Shown piece by piece: positions 1 through 13,441 of a stretch of DNA of 64,000 bases (position 1 is its first letter; every line of letters starts with the position of its first letter). The notes under the pieces are model-generated. The model did no database searches, was not told where the DNA came from, and saw only the letters and a list, made by a program, of their open reading frames with translations. This DNA comes from Octopus vulgaris (lineage: Eukaryota). The stretch spans positions 39,618,001-39,682,000 of the forward strand of contig OX597820.1 of assembly GCA_951406725.2 (NCBI GenBank), read 5' to 3'. Position numbers and translations under genes: made by a program.

Positions 1-45
<45 letters not shown>

Positions 46-516
46 ATATCTATCTATCTATCTATATATATATACTGAGAAAGAGAGAGAAGTGAGAGAA
101 AGAAACAAGACAGAAAGTGGGGGGAGGGGGAGAGTGAAGGAGGAATATATAAACTATTGGTAAGTTAACAGTTGTCGTTTATTAAATTTTACATATAAAG
201 CTCTTTCGCCATACACATACATGCACACACACACATATATACACAACATACACGCATATGCATGTAAGTAAACTTATATGAAAGCTTATATATATAGGTA
301 TATATATGGATATATAAAGATAAATATATATATATATATTATACAAACTTATATATAAGTATATATATTAATGTAAGCTTATATATATAAGTATATATAT
401 ATATATATATACACACACATATATATATATATTGAAATTGATATATATATACCATACATATGTGCGTATATATATGTATATATCAATATACATATATATG
501 TATATATATATATATA

Positions 517-603
<87 letters not shown>

Positions 604-1330
604 TGTGTGTGTGTATTTGTGTGTGTGTGTAGGTACTCAAGAGTATGTATATGTCTGTATGTATGGATTATATTCCAGTTTGTCTTGTCTTCATATAAAT
701 TCCAGTTTTTTTTTTCCTTTAAGCTTACCCAGTTTTGCTTCCATTTTTCTTTATATCTTTCATGTTTTTCCTTTTGTTACTATTTTTTTAGTAGTTCTTT
801 GATGATTTTCCTAATACATTCTGATTTGTTTTTGTTAAATATTGTTTTTTTTCTCCCACTCTTCTTGTGCTTCTTTCGTTTTATTCATTATAACAACTCA
901 TTTGTCTTTCATAATGTTCATCATAAATTTTTTAAAGTTTTAAATTTCTCACTCCTTTCAAAGTATATTCGAAGTTTCTTAAAATAATATCGACAGTCTT
1001 TGTATCTTTTGAGAGAATATTTTTGTTTCTAACTTTTGAAACTCTATAGAGATGGAAAGAAAAATAAAGTTAGCAATGTCGATATTAATGTTTTTGACAT
1101 TTATTTCACTGGATTAAGAGTCATTAGTTGTAGCTCTTCTGGTAAAAATGCAAAATCTCGAGAACGGAAAACAGATTTAGGACGAGCTTATATGATTTAA
1201 CTAACTCTGTTTACTGTCTATTTCAAACATCTGGAAGTCTCACTGAGGAACAGAAAAGCAAATATACATATTTTCTGCGATGTTTACATGTACATGTATA
1301 TATATGCATATATATGTATATACATGTATA

Positions 1331-1381
<51 letters not shown>

Positions 1382-2664
1382 TTATAATATATATATGTGG
1401 GTGTGTGTTTACAAGTTATAGGCTGTACTTAATGCGACATATGCCATGTCAGTATTAAGTTGTTAGAAAGCAAATAGAAAATTGTTAAAGAATTATAAAA
1501 CTCTTCAGTTCCAAAAAGATTTAAAGACTTTAAAGCCATCAACTTCAAAGCAGTAAAAGAACTAATCATGGCCTGGAACTAAGGGTAGAAACATTTCCGT
1601 ATCACAACAGGTGGTTGTCGTACCACCTAAGGATTTGACGCTATGTCAAATGTCAATGGACAACCAGTCTGGTTGAGCCCCGCTTCGTTCCAAACTGTCA
1701 GATATGATCGGAAACCGTAGATACAAGAATTGTAGTGAGATGACTTAATAGGAACTTGAATTTGGTTACAAACTTGGTTAGTACTTTGCAATTAAGCATT
1801 TATGTAAACTATATACTTCGCCTGTATCAGTGCTGAATTTTTATTTTAAATTTGCAGGTAGTTAATTAATTCAATGCTGCTTAAGGTTATAAACGTTAAA
1901 GTAAAAGTTATAATTGCGGTCCATAATAATAAAATTGTACGCTTTAATATGCAGGCAAGACTGGGGAACACATTTAATGTGGCTTTAAACTACAATTACC
2001 TGGTAAATCTTTGATATTTCAATGCAAAACTAAAATTCTACAAAACTACACTGTTTTCCGAATTCAGGATAGAAAATTTTTTTATCATCATGAAAGCAGA
2101 AAATATGGCACAAATCCTCTTTAACAGAGCTGTCGGTAATGCCAGGTCGCACATTTATGTTTCATCAGGATAATCATGAAAAACGCATCTCATACTTATT
2201 TTTTATCACGTAATTCAATGGTAGTACTGCTATGAATGGAAATACACAAGATTTATTAGCCTTATCATTTATAATGAATTTTGTTATATATATATGTTTT
2301 AAATATTTCGCTTAAAGTCAAACCAATGCAAGCTATAAAAATTTAATAATACAGGTCAATAGCTATCAACTCCTTTTCTCCTTAAATTTTCCTGAAGAAG
2401 GAGTCCTAACCCTGAAAATTTGAAATACCATGTAATAGTTCTAACCATCGACCTGTATCATTTATTTCTCATAACTCGTATTGTTTTGGTTTAAAAAAAA
2501 TATTTGAAACATTTGTATATATCCGATAGCGCTTCGTTAAAACTATACTAGCTATACACACACACACACACACACACATATATTTTGCTCCAGCATGGTT
2601 ACAGTCAGATGACTGAGACAGGTAAAAGAAAAAAAATATATATACAAACACATATAAATACACA

Positions 2665-2734
<70 letters not shown>

Positions 2735-2802
2735 TCATAAGGACGTAATTCTACATATACCTGCTATATATATACACACAGGAATACACACACACATATA
2801 TA

Positions 2803-3350
2803 TTGTTGGTCTTTACAGGCCTCCCCAAGTACCTCTAAAGTGCTTTGAAGACTGCCTCAACGAAATCAAGTCCTTTCAAAAATACAACTCCGGAAACATA
2901 CTAGTGATGGGTGATTTTAACCTCCCTCATATAAACTGGCCTACAGATACTATGAAGCTAGGCAAATGGTCTACATCAGACAATGCATCAGCGGGATTAC
3001 TCTTTAATCTAATGGATAAAATTTTCCTGACTCAGCTAGTGCTCGAACCAACAAGACAGAATAAAACTCTCCTCTCAGACCACGACATGATACTCTACAA
3101 TTTAAATTCCCGGCATATCAAAACTAAACCAGCCAATCCTACTCCACTGCTCTTACTTGACAATATAAACTTCCACAAAGCGGACTGGGGAGCAATCAGA
3201 AAGAATCTGTCCTTCATCGACTGGTCCTTCACTCCCACTTCAACTCAAATTGAGACTGCATGGCAGCACTTTGGGAACATTGTCATCTATACATGCTCAA
3301 AACATGCTTCTACGAAATCCCACAAACACAAACAGAAACCGGCTCCCTAG
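2803..3350 (+). mobile_element. Non-LTR retrotransposon (CR1/L2-like) APE endonuclease fragment, degenerate
   Basis: Reads VGLYRPP upstream (frameshifted), then MGDFNLPHINW, LTQLVLEPTR, SDHD and NFHKADW in ORF 2904-3350. These are typical CR1/L2 ORF2 endonuclease motifs; no RT follows. Confidence 0.85.
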
Positions 3351-3603
3351 AAAGAAAAAACAACACTCAGCAGGTAATGTCGAAGCATTTATTAAAGATT
3401 ATTTTCAACATATTTCTTGTAAAATGCCCCATTTTTGACGGTACGGGTATACTAGTTTATGTAGGAGATATAACATATATACGCAGGTATAGTAAAAATC
3501 TATATACTATATATGAATTTTATATATGTTACTTATACAAATATACTCCTAATATTGTACACACACACACACGCACACTCACGCACGTACGCACACACAC
3601 ACA

Positions 3604-3635
<32 letters not shown>

Positions 3636-4664
3636 TTCTTACAAACATACATGTGCATTTGTGCGTGTGAGTGCAACCACTGCACCAAAGGATGTTTTCA
3701 TGTGCGTCGCTAAATATGACGCTATTCTTCCTTCTATATACAAAGTCGCTTTCAGCCATACTTGTGTTGCATTTGGTTTTCATTATTTCCATGCATTCAT
3801 CTAGGCAAGAGTATGCATACATATGTGCAGCTTTCAAATTATTAGTTTGTATTTCGACACATGTACAAAAATAATAACAGATAAATCGCTTTCTTCGCTA
3901 TACAAGCAATTAATAAGACAAACTTACACCACAATAAAGAAGCATTCAAGTGTAATTTTAATTATTGCATAAAGTTCCTTATTAAACGTACGTGATTGGG
4001 GTCTCTAAAACTTTAGACATTCTCGAAACAAGCTTTAACCTTTTTTTTCATTACGATGCAACAATTGTATAGAAATTTCTGATTATATTTGATTGTTTTC
4101 ATAGAAGCAACTATTGAATTTGTCAAGGATCTAATCTAGTCAAATCTGTTAGTGGTACAAGAAATTATGCATAAGGTGTTCTTAGCAATTCGTACCTTTC
4201 CGTTCAAGGTTCTAGGTCACATGTCTTAACTGTTTAAAACAGTTAAGATGCGTGACTGCGATAAACTGAGATTTTCTTTCTAACTTGTATAATAACGTTT
4301 TGTCTTCATAACAATGATGTATTTTGCTCACACATAACTAACAGGGAACCCCTTTTGTCATTATGGAGGCGAAAATAGAGATGATTATCTGATTAAGTGT
4401 TAACATAATATGCTCAGTGAATACGCAGAAATCAAAAGAAAGGCTGATATTAATGCTGTAAAAGGTATCGGATTGGTCAAAGTAAAAAGCATTTTAATCT
4501 TGAACCAATGACAGCAACGACATCACTTGCAAGTCTTAAATAATAACTGTGATATTTTGCTTTTGTTTCACGTTGCTAGAAAAACCCGGGTTTGTTGTTT
4601 TTAAGCTAACTCAAATGTGAAGGGTTTAATTCCTTTACGAATATGTACATAGTTACGCTTTATC

Positions 4665-4830
4665 TTTTATTTTTGACTTGTTTCAACGGTGGAGCATTAC
4701 ATTAAAGAGTTTAGTCGACGCTAGTACTTATTTTTCAAGTCTAGTACTTATTCTATCGCTCACTTATGTCACCAAGAAACCAACATCTTTTGTCGAACTG
4801 CGGTAGGAAATAAACACAGACAAATGCTGC
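4665..4830 (-). mobile_element. Degenerate 3' part of SINE family A
   Basis: Similar to the reverse complement of the 57.3-57.5 kb tail (tagtacttattctatc, ttttacttgtttca). Confidence 0.55.
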
Positions 4831-4886
4831 ACGTACATACATACATACACACATACATATACACAATGCACATACGTATGTATGTT

Positions 4887-4954
<68 letters not shown>

Positions 4955-5407
4955 CACAGTTCCTAAAATACCCAGCGTTGCCTAAGTTGAAGACCAAAGC
5001 AATGAATAGTAATATCGCAAACCAACTTAATTAAATTGCAGTACAGCTTTTGAAAAAACTCTAAGCGAAATTTCAGACTAAGAACACTTTGTGGATTGTA
5101 TTTTAGCTTTATTTTTATGAATACTTTTTTGTCGAAATTTTAGATACACGTAATTTTAGGACTAAAAATAAAAAAAGAAGAAAAAAACCTGTACAGGAAT
5201 TCAAATATTTTCAGTCACCGAATTTCTGTTTAAATGTGATATTTACTCGAATCCACAATCTGCTGTTTTTGTAATCTGTGTGGAAGTTTTTTAGCGACAG
5301 TCAAGGAGGATGGAATATAAATTCCGTCTCTTGCTTCCAAGAAATATCAGGCTATATTTTGTCTAGCATCTCCATTTGGAGGGAATTTATCTCCCCTTAA
5401 ATTTGCA

Positions 5408-5760
5408 ACCATGCTTCCGTGGTTCAGTCCCACTGCATCGCACCTTGGGCATCGCACCAAGGCATATTCTCCTGTAACCTCGGGCTGCTCAAAGCCTTTG
5501 ACAGACGGAAACTGAAAGAAGACCGTCAAGTGTATATATGTGTATATATATTTATGTGTGTATCTTTCTGTCTGTGTTTGTCCCCCACTATCGCTTGACA
5601 ACCGATGTTTGTGTATTTATGTCCCCGAAATTTAGCGGTTCGACAAAATGTGTCCTATAGAATGAGTACTAGGCTTACAAAGAATAAGTCCTGGGGTCGA
5701 TTTGTTCGACTAAAAGCAGTGCTACAGTAAGGCGTAGTCAAATGACTGAAACGTGCAAAA
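5408..5760 (+). mobile_element. SINE family A (tRNA head + CORE-like domain), degenerate
   Basis: ggttcagtcccactgc..caccttgggc..gacggaaactgaaagaag..aagaataagtcctggggtcga..aaatgactgaaac matches the 57088-57500 copy. Confidence 0.85.
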
Positions 5761-5763
5761 GTG

Positions 5764-5818
<55 letters not shown>

Positions 5819-5851
5819 ATCAAAAATAAGCAACAAGAATGAATCCGGTAA

Positions 5852-6360
5852 TTTAGTACAATTGTTTCATACTACAACATTTTATTAAAAGCTGTAAATA
5901 TTACAGCAGATTTAAGATGCCGAGTAATCTTCAGCTAATTTTATATAGGTTTTCCAATAATATAAAGTTCTCAAATCAATTAATAACATCTTAGGGAAGG
6001 TAAATATACAGATAAAGATGTAGATATGAATCTTAGGAACATGAGGTAGTGTAGTTTGGATGCCAACTGACCAAAACCTTGTTTACAACTGACTGTTGTA
6101 AGAAAATTTCTTTAGTTATAAGCATAGGGGTAAGGGCAGGTCAAGAATTCAAGTTAGTTGAAGAAAAGAAGAGGAAAATTCAGGAGATGTAAAAGAAGAA
6201 CAGATTGTCACTAGAACAAAGGGTCAATTTATTTATGTGGTGACAAAATCAGTTCTTCTTTTACATCTGAAATTGAATGGACCATAAACAAAACTTGATT
6301 TAGACAGGATTCAAATAATCCTATCAGGTGGTGCTATTAAGTTAGACATGGCCTGGACCA
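5852..6360 (-). mobile_element. Penelope-like element 3' remnant with degenerate hammerhead motif
   Basis: Minus strand reads TTAG-CTGAAGA...GAAA-CAATTG-TA-CTAA (5852-5938). Upstream is a decayed LC..LF..LN.R..C..KKF pattern resembling a PLE GIY-YIG C-terminus. Confidence 0.5.
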
Positions 6361-6393
6361 ATCATTGGTCGAAACATATCTAAGTTTATCTAA

Positions 6394-6490
<97 letters not shown>

Positions 6491-7019
6491 AATGTATGTA
6501 TTTGTATGTTTATACATATATGTATATATAAACATGCATACATATATACATAACTGTAAAGGAAAAGAGAGAAAAACAAAAGGAAAATAAATATACTTGT
6601 TTAAGAGAACGCCATGACTAGAAGGTAATCAGAAGTGGTCTTATTTGCCAGGACATGTCTATAAAGGGAATTGAGGTGCTTGAAAGAGGTGTGTGTTTGT
6701 GTGTGTGGGGGGGGGGGGAGGGTCGTTTTACGCAGAAGTATGTGTATGTAGAAGTATATATATATATTTTTATATATGTTTACTGTGCACACTTCATAGA
6801 TTTCGAGAGTAGTTTGCAAACTATGATGTGTATTCATATGTAATCAGTATGTGATGAACATGTGCTTATGTATGTTTTTGCATAAACTGCATATGCGTAT
6901 ATATTGTATGTGTGTGCGTGCATTAGTGGAAGAGTGTAATTGAGGCGAAAAGTTTAACTGCTATAAATTCTGTTGTGCGTTAGCACGTGCGCCCTCGCGT
7001 CATTCAGCAAGTGTGTGTA

Positions 7020-7898
7020 CGAAGTCTGATCAATAAGTAACCGGAATTATGATATAGTAACGAAGCTAAAGCTCACAAAGTGAAGCCGCTCCGCAGAGAT
7101 TGACCAAGATCTCTGTTTCACATGTGCACAAAGTTGTAATGTTCTAGCTTACTTCCTGTGTTTACAGCACTCCCTGGAAGGAAAGTGTCTAGCTTGTGAT
7201 CGTCACATTGCCCATGACAGAGTAAGTTGTCATGGCAATACCTGCTCAGAGGCCTACGCAAAGTTGTAGAAAGTCTATGGAGAGGAGTGTATGAGCTGCA
7301 CACAAGTGTACAAGTAGTTCAGACGTTTCCAAGATGGTCGAAAAAATGTCGATATTGACGAACACTCTGGGAGACCCACAACCAGCAAAACTGAGAAAAA
7401 CATCGCAGATGTGCGTGCAGCTGTGAGGAGAAATCGTCGAATCACCACCCGTGAGTTATCCGACGATGTGCAGATTAGTTATGGTTCAGTCGATTATCAC
7501 TGAAGATTTGGGTATGAGACGTGTGTCTGCTACGTTTGTGCCAAAACTGCTTTCAGCTGACCCAAAAGATACTCGGGTTTCAATTGCATAATCTCTCCTT
7601 GATTGTGTTGAGAATAATGAAAACATCGTGTAGGCCTCTGAGCAGGTATCGTTAAGCTTTTGGCAAAATTTGATGCAAATTCTCTGCTCGACTTTCTCTG
7701 ACATGGTCAATGCGACGATCACACACTACACACCTTCCTTCAAAGCAGTGCTGTAAACAACGGAAGTGAGCTATAACGTTAAAACTTAGTACGTATGCAC
7801 AGCAGGGTTCAAGGTCAATCTGTGCAAAGCGGCTTCAATCTGTGTGCTTTAGCTCCGTAACTCTGACAACAGTCAGGATACTTATTGATCAGATCATG
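7020..7898 (+). mobile_element. Non-autonomous mariner derivative with ~270-bp inverted arms (5' end present at both termini)
   Basis: TA-flanked ends cgaagtctgatcaataagta and tacttattgatcagatcatg. Plus strand encodes decayed CSEAYAKL..VYGEECMS..RRVSATFVPKLL; minus strand encodes MSEKVEQRICIKFCQKL..CSEAY from the inverted arm. Confidence 0.9.
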
Positions 7899-8227
7899 TA
7901 TATATTTGCTTCATATGTGTAATAGTATGTTTGTAATAATTTTGTATGTATGAAGTGTATATGCTTGTGACCTCATGTGTATGTGTTGTGCGTTTTAGTT
8001 TGCTTGCGATCGTGTGGCGAGTATGTGATGTGTGTTGTTGTATATATGAGTATTACATTCGTAAATTGGGCGTGAGCAGGCGTATAGTCTAGATGTGAGC
8101 GCGAAATGTGCTTATTTATGGGTCCAGAGTATATCAGTATGTCTATGTACGTCCTTGTTAAATTGTAATGATTAGTACTTTTGTGTTGATTGAAGGAGCT
8201 GAGGAAAATGTTCGATTGAATCCATCC

Positions 8228-8333
<106 letters not shown>

Positions 8334-8356
8334 ATGACTGTCTGTCTGTCATGCAT

Positions 8357-8820
8357 CCTAACCACATGGTTCTGGGTTCAATTCCACGGCGTGACACTTT
8401 GGGTAAGTGTCTTTACAATAGTTCCAGGCTTTGTGAGTGAATTTGGTAGACGGAAACTGAAAGAATCCAGTCGTCTATATATATATGTATATATATATAT
8501 GTACATATACATACATACATACACACACACACACAAGCACACACATACACACATACACACACACACATATATATATACACATACACACGCCTATGTGTAT
8601 GTGTCTTTGTGTATGTGTTTCTAACGCCACCACCACTTGACAACCGGTGTTGGTGTGCTTACGTCCCGGTAACTTAGCGGTTCGGCTTAAGAGACAGATA
8701 GAATAAGTACGAGGCTTGAAAAAAAAAAAGAAGTACTGGGATCAATTCATTCGACTAAAAGTTCAAGGCAGTGCCCCAACATGACCACAGTCTAATGACT
8801 GAAAGAAGAGAATAAAAGAA
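8357..8820 (+). mobile_element. SINE family A copy
   Basis: aaccacatggttctgggttcaattcc..ttgtgagtgaatttggtagacggaaactgaaag, internal TA/CA microsatellite, then acttagcggttcggc..atgactgaaa. Confidence 0.85.
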
Positions 8821-8886
8821 TAGGCATACAACAAGCAAAGTAGCTAATCAGAAAATCTCTATAAGAGATGAAAGTAGTAACTACAT

Positions 8887-9123
8887 TTGGGAAGTAATGC
8901 TTATCGCCACTTCTTCATGGCTGTTCTGTAGGCACCGACATTCATACCATTTTGAAACCAGGATAAGGCCTCCTCCAGCTGGTTATCGATGCAATCTGCA
9001 CCCGATATATATTGCAAGCAGGGAACGGGAGGGAGGAGGAGACCCCTTGCTGGGGGTTAAAAATAGTAATAACGTCGGTCACTATGAAACAGCCATGATG
9101 AAATGGCGATAAACATTACTTCT

Positions 9124-9126
<3 letters not shown>
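8887..9126. mobile_element. MITE (~240 bp) with ~56-bp imperfect terminal inverted repeats
   Basis: 8887-8942 ttgggaagtaatgcttatcgccacttcttcatggctgtt.. versus the reverse complement of 9071-9126 ttgagaagtaatgtttatcgccatttcatcatggctgtt..; interior is non-coding. Confidence 0.75.
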
Positions 9127-9185
<59 letters not shown>

Positions 9186-9949
9186 AAATTATGTTCATTG
9201 AACAAGTCTCAATTAAGTATAACATTTAGCGATCATTAGATGCTTCCGTTCAGCTAATATAAGCTTCACGTTTTGATTTTGGTGGAAGTTTTATGTATTA
9301 AAGCATTTTTCTATTCTTTTTAATATTTATAAGTTACTATTAATTTCTAATCAATACTAGGCCTAGGTAGTCATTTTTATCTCTAAAGCCATAAGCTTTT
9401 CCAAACTTTCTACTGCATTGTGTCCCCTGATCTTACTTGCAAGAATCTACTTTTATTTATCTCTTCTTGAGTACATTTTACTTCGCTGTTGAGACTTCAA
9501 TTTGAATTCCATCGTTTTAGTCACTTAGAAGACCATCTTATTCACTCTTCAACTTCCATCATTCCATTTTAGTTCCTTTCGTTCCACAATAATTCCCCAT
9601 GTGTCATTTAAAATCCATTTTCTTCTTTCTATCTTTCTTTTGTCCAGAACATCTTTGCCTAAATTCAGCTACACATTCCTCACATTCTTCCACGCGTGAT
9701 TGATTTCTACATCATCTTCATCTATAGCCTCAAGCAGTACAAATCGATTTCGACATTGAATTACAAATTCACTTTCAATTGTATCATCCTTCAACATTTC
9801 CCTATAAAACCCGTTAATCTTTTTCTTCTTTTCTTCAGTCGCCTACCGACTGGATTTAATTATGTATCCCCTATTAATAACTAACAGCCACTTTCAATAT
9901 CCGCGCCTCGATATCTTTTAACATTTTGCAACGATATTTTCGATGTTTT

Positions 9950-10252
9950 ACATTGCTGATTTATAATACAACGAACTATGGGGATGACCAAATATTTTTG
10001 TGAATGTCTTAGTGCTAAAAAAAGAAATCCTTATTAGGAGATTGCTGGCTGTACAGAAGCTTATCAGTACATCATTCCAACCAGCATCTCCGTGCCCTTG
10101 TATAACCATATTCAGATTCATACTCTCGTTATTTATGCAAATTTTTGCATTTAGATGACCATTCGTAAATTTTTGCATTTAGATGACCGTTCGCAAATTT
10201 TTGCATTTAGATGACCATTCGCAAATTTTTGCATTTAGATGACCATTCGCAA
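9950..10252 (-). mobile_element. RTE-clade LINE endonuclease fragment, degenerate
   Basis: ORF 9948-10178 has GHLNAKI (GDxNAK-like), VIQGHG and LISFCTASNLLIRISFF, followed by a frameshifted IHKNIWSSP. This is the RTE endonuclease pattern. Confidence 0.7.
10137..10252. repeat. 28-bp minisatellite, ~4 copies
   Basis: gcaaatttttgcatttagatgaccattc x4, with two substitutions and no spacers. Confidence 0.95.
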
Positions 10253-10609
10253 TTATATTTCACGTTGAAAAATAGTGATAATATTTTTCAAAGGAATAGT
10301 TTAAGAATATCAGTCAAACATTAGTTTTCTTTTAATTGTTCTCGTCGCGTGTTTATGTTAGAAATAATTATTTGGAAGTATGATGGGTGACATGGCTGGA
10401 AAATCGTAGATTATGGACTAAAATAGTAACCAGCATCAAGTAATGATTCGTTAACTGCTTCCATGAAATTCCGCTATGGCCAGCTTTTTTTATCATTAGA
10501 TCATGGATCGATAAAGTAAGTGCAATTCAATTATTAGATCATATCAAGGATAGCTCGGCCATAAAGTTGTTTACCATTGAAAGATATCCTTATTATAGGC
10601 ATGCCGGTG

Positions 10610-11030
10610 TTACTCCTTTCTCTACCCACTGTCTTGGGCTCTTGATAGTTTCATAGAGAACCCAATTCTCGTCACCAGTCACTATTCGATTTAAAAAAAT
10701 ATTCATTTGTAAGCCATGACAGCAAAGAAGAACGCACATTCACCTTCTGCACGTGATTAGATACGGAAAGTTTGTGAGAAAACCTTTGACCTAATTTGCT
10801 AACTTTTCCGATGAAAAGCAGTTGTCGATGCATGGTTGAATGACCAAACCCTAGGTTCTCTGCTAGTTCCTCAACAGTTACGTTTGAGATTTTGTTCAAC
10901 CAGGGTTTGCAGGTCGTCCTCGTCGAGCTCTACAGATCTTCCATGATGAGGCTCATCTTCTAGGCTGTAGTATACGGCTCGGAATTTCTGGAGCCACTGT
11001 TGACACTGGCTTAACCGATCTTGACTGAGA
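10610..11030 (-). mobile_element. Mariner transposase fragment (pseudogene)
   Basis: Frameshifted LEDEPHHGRSVELDEDDL, VTVEELAENLGFGHSTMHRQL..IGKVSKLG, and TGDENWVLY (first catalytic D). Confidence 0.85.
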
Positions 11031-11407
11031 AAAGCCATGACTGCCATACATTCTCCCTGCAGGACTGCAGGGAGAAGCGATGGCAATCATGGTACGCTTC
11101 AGTTCCATGATTGCCACGCTGGCAATCACGGCACGCTCATCCCACCCTTTTTTCCACAGGAATGTAAGCTCAATCATGATTTTTTTCTTGCCTTTTCAAA
11201 ACACAGAACTATATTTGGCCTCAGAGTTGTATGGACGACCTGGGGATACTGCAGACTTCACCCCAAGACCACTTTCATATCTCATGATAGGGAACCATGT
11301 AGTAAGCTATTTGATATTTTTGCTGTCCACACGGGCTTTTCTCGTTCCTTCACGAACTTGATTGCTGCGGCTTTTTAACCAGAGGACGATGTTTTTTTGG
11401 GCATTAC

Positions 11408-11875
<468 letters not shown>

Positions 11876-11909
11876 TACCCACCCTCTCACTCCCTCTCTC
11901 TCTCTTGCA

Positions 11910-11998
<89 letters not shown>

Positions 11999-12582
11999 AT
12001 ATAACAATATTGACCAATGTTACCGTGGTCTTTTTCGTAGGCTTTTCTTCCCACGGATAAACCTTACTTGCTTTCCCCTTTACACCATATATCATAACAC
12101 TGTGATACACGATCCCCATTGATCGTTTTTTTCCCTCTTCCCCTTTTTTCTTCTTTTTTCATTTCTCTTTTCTTTTGTTCCTTTTCCTTTTCTTTTTTTT
12201 TCTTTTTATATCTTTTATTTTTTATTTTATTTATTTATTTATTTTTTATTTTATTTTTTTTGTTCTTTTCTTCCCTTTTACGATCCCTCTTGATCGAAAA
12301 CCTACGCCACCCCTTTTTTTTTCTTTTGTTTTTTGTTTTTTCATCCCCCAAAAGAAAAGCTCTACCTTGTAACTTGTCCCATCTGTGTGCAGCCCTGTGT
12401 GGCCAATAAAGAAACTTATCTATCTATCTATATATATCTATCTATTTATATACATATATAGACATGTGTGTATATACATACATATATATATGTACTGGGA
12501 AATTAATGCGTGGCGTTCAATTAAATAGGAAAATAAATAATATATATATGCACACACACACACACACACACATGAATATATG

Positions 12583-13077
12583 CATATAAGGGTACAGGAC
12601 ATTACCAACTGTAAACAACATGAATTACGAAAACAAGCGATGAGAGAAAAAAATTGAAGACATGACAAGTAACACAAAGAACGACCCTTCATCAGTTGTC
12701 GGCTATCTATCTACTCCTCATTTCGAGCATTCAACGACAATATGAGCCTTCGAACACAGTTGCTCCCATAACTTCCAAATTGAATTACAGAGTTTATGGA
12801 GACATGCAAGAAAAACGAATGGAAACAAACACGGAGGGTTGTTAGACCAGAACGAGGGGAAAGATAGTGAACGCTGGAAGAAATATTTTCTTTGAAAAGG
12901 GAAAAGATAGAAGAGAGATAGAAGACCTCCAGTCCTTACAACGTCCGTGCAGGAAAGGAAAGATGGGCGATGGTCACGTGTGAGCAACGAGAGAGAGAGA
13001 GAAAAAGAGAAAGACGAGGGAGAGAGAAGTGTGTGATACGTATGAGCGAAAGTGTGTATATATATATACATACACAC

Positions 13078-13108
<31 letters not shown>

Positions 13109-13121
13109 CATATATATATAT

Positions 13122-13167
<46 letters not shown>

Positions 13168-13357
13168 TTATATATAATTATATATATATATATTATATTT
13201 ATATATATATATTTATATTTATATATATATTTATATATATATATTTATATATATATATATATGTTTAAATATATAAATATATATATATATACTTATATAT
13301 ATATATGTATATATGTATATATATATATATTTACGTATATATATATATTTATATATT

Positions 13358-13441
<84 letters not shown>

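Noticed and set aside
3428-3456. Helitron-like 3' end (ccc..gggtataCTAGT); similar motif near 4960-4990
   Set aside because: No matching 5' end or body could be identified.
10137-10252. 28-bp repeats resembling a CRISPR array
   Set aside because: The units are contiguous with no spacers, there are no cas genes, and the context is eukaryotic.
12050-12420. T-rich tract ending in AATAAA as a gene or LINE 3' end
   Set aside because: Plausible retroelement 3' UTR, but there is no coding remnant or second copy in the window to support it.
12680-12735. Permuted (type II-like) hammerhead: GAAA..UA..CUGAUGA, also at ~13450 and ~48820
   Set aside because: Core words are present, but I could not form stem I or stem III in any copy, so it is not called as a ribozyme.
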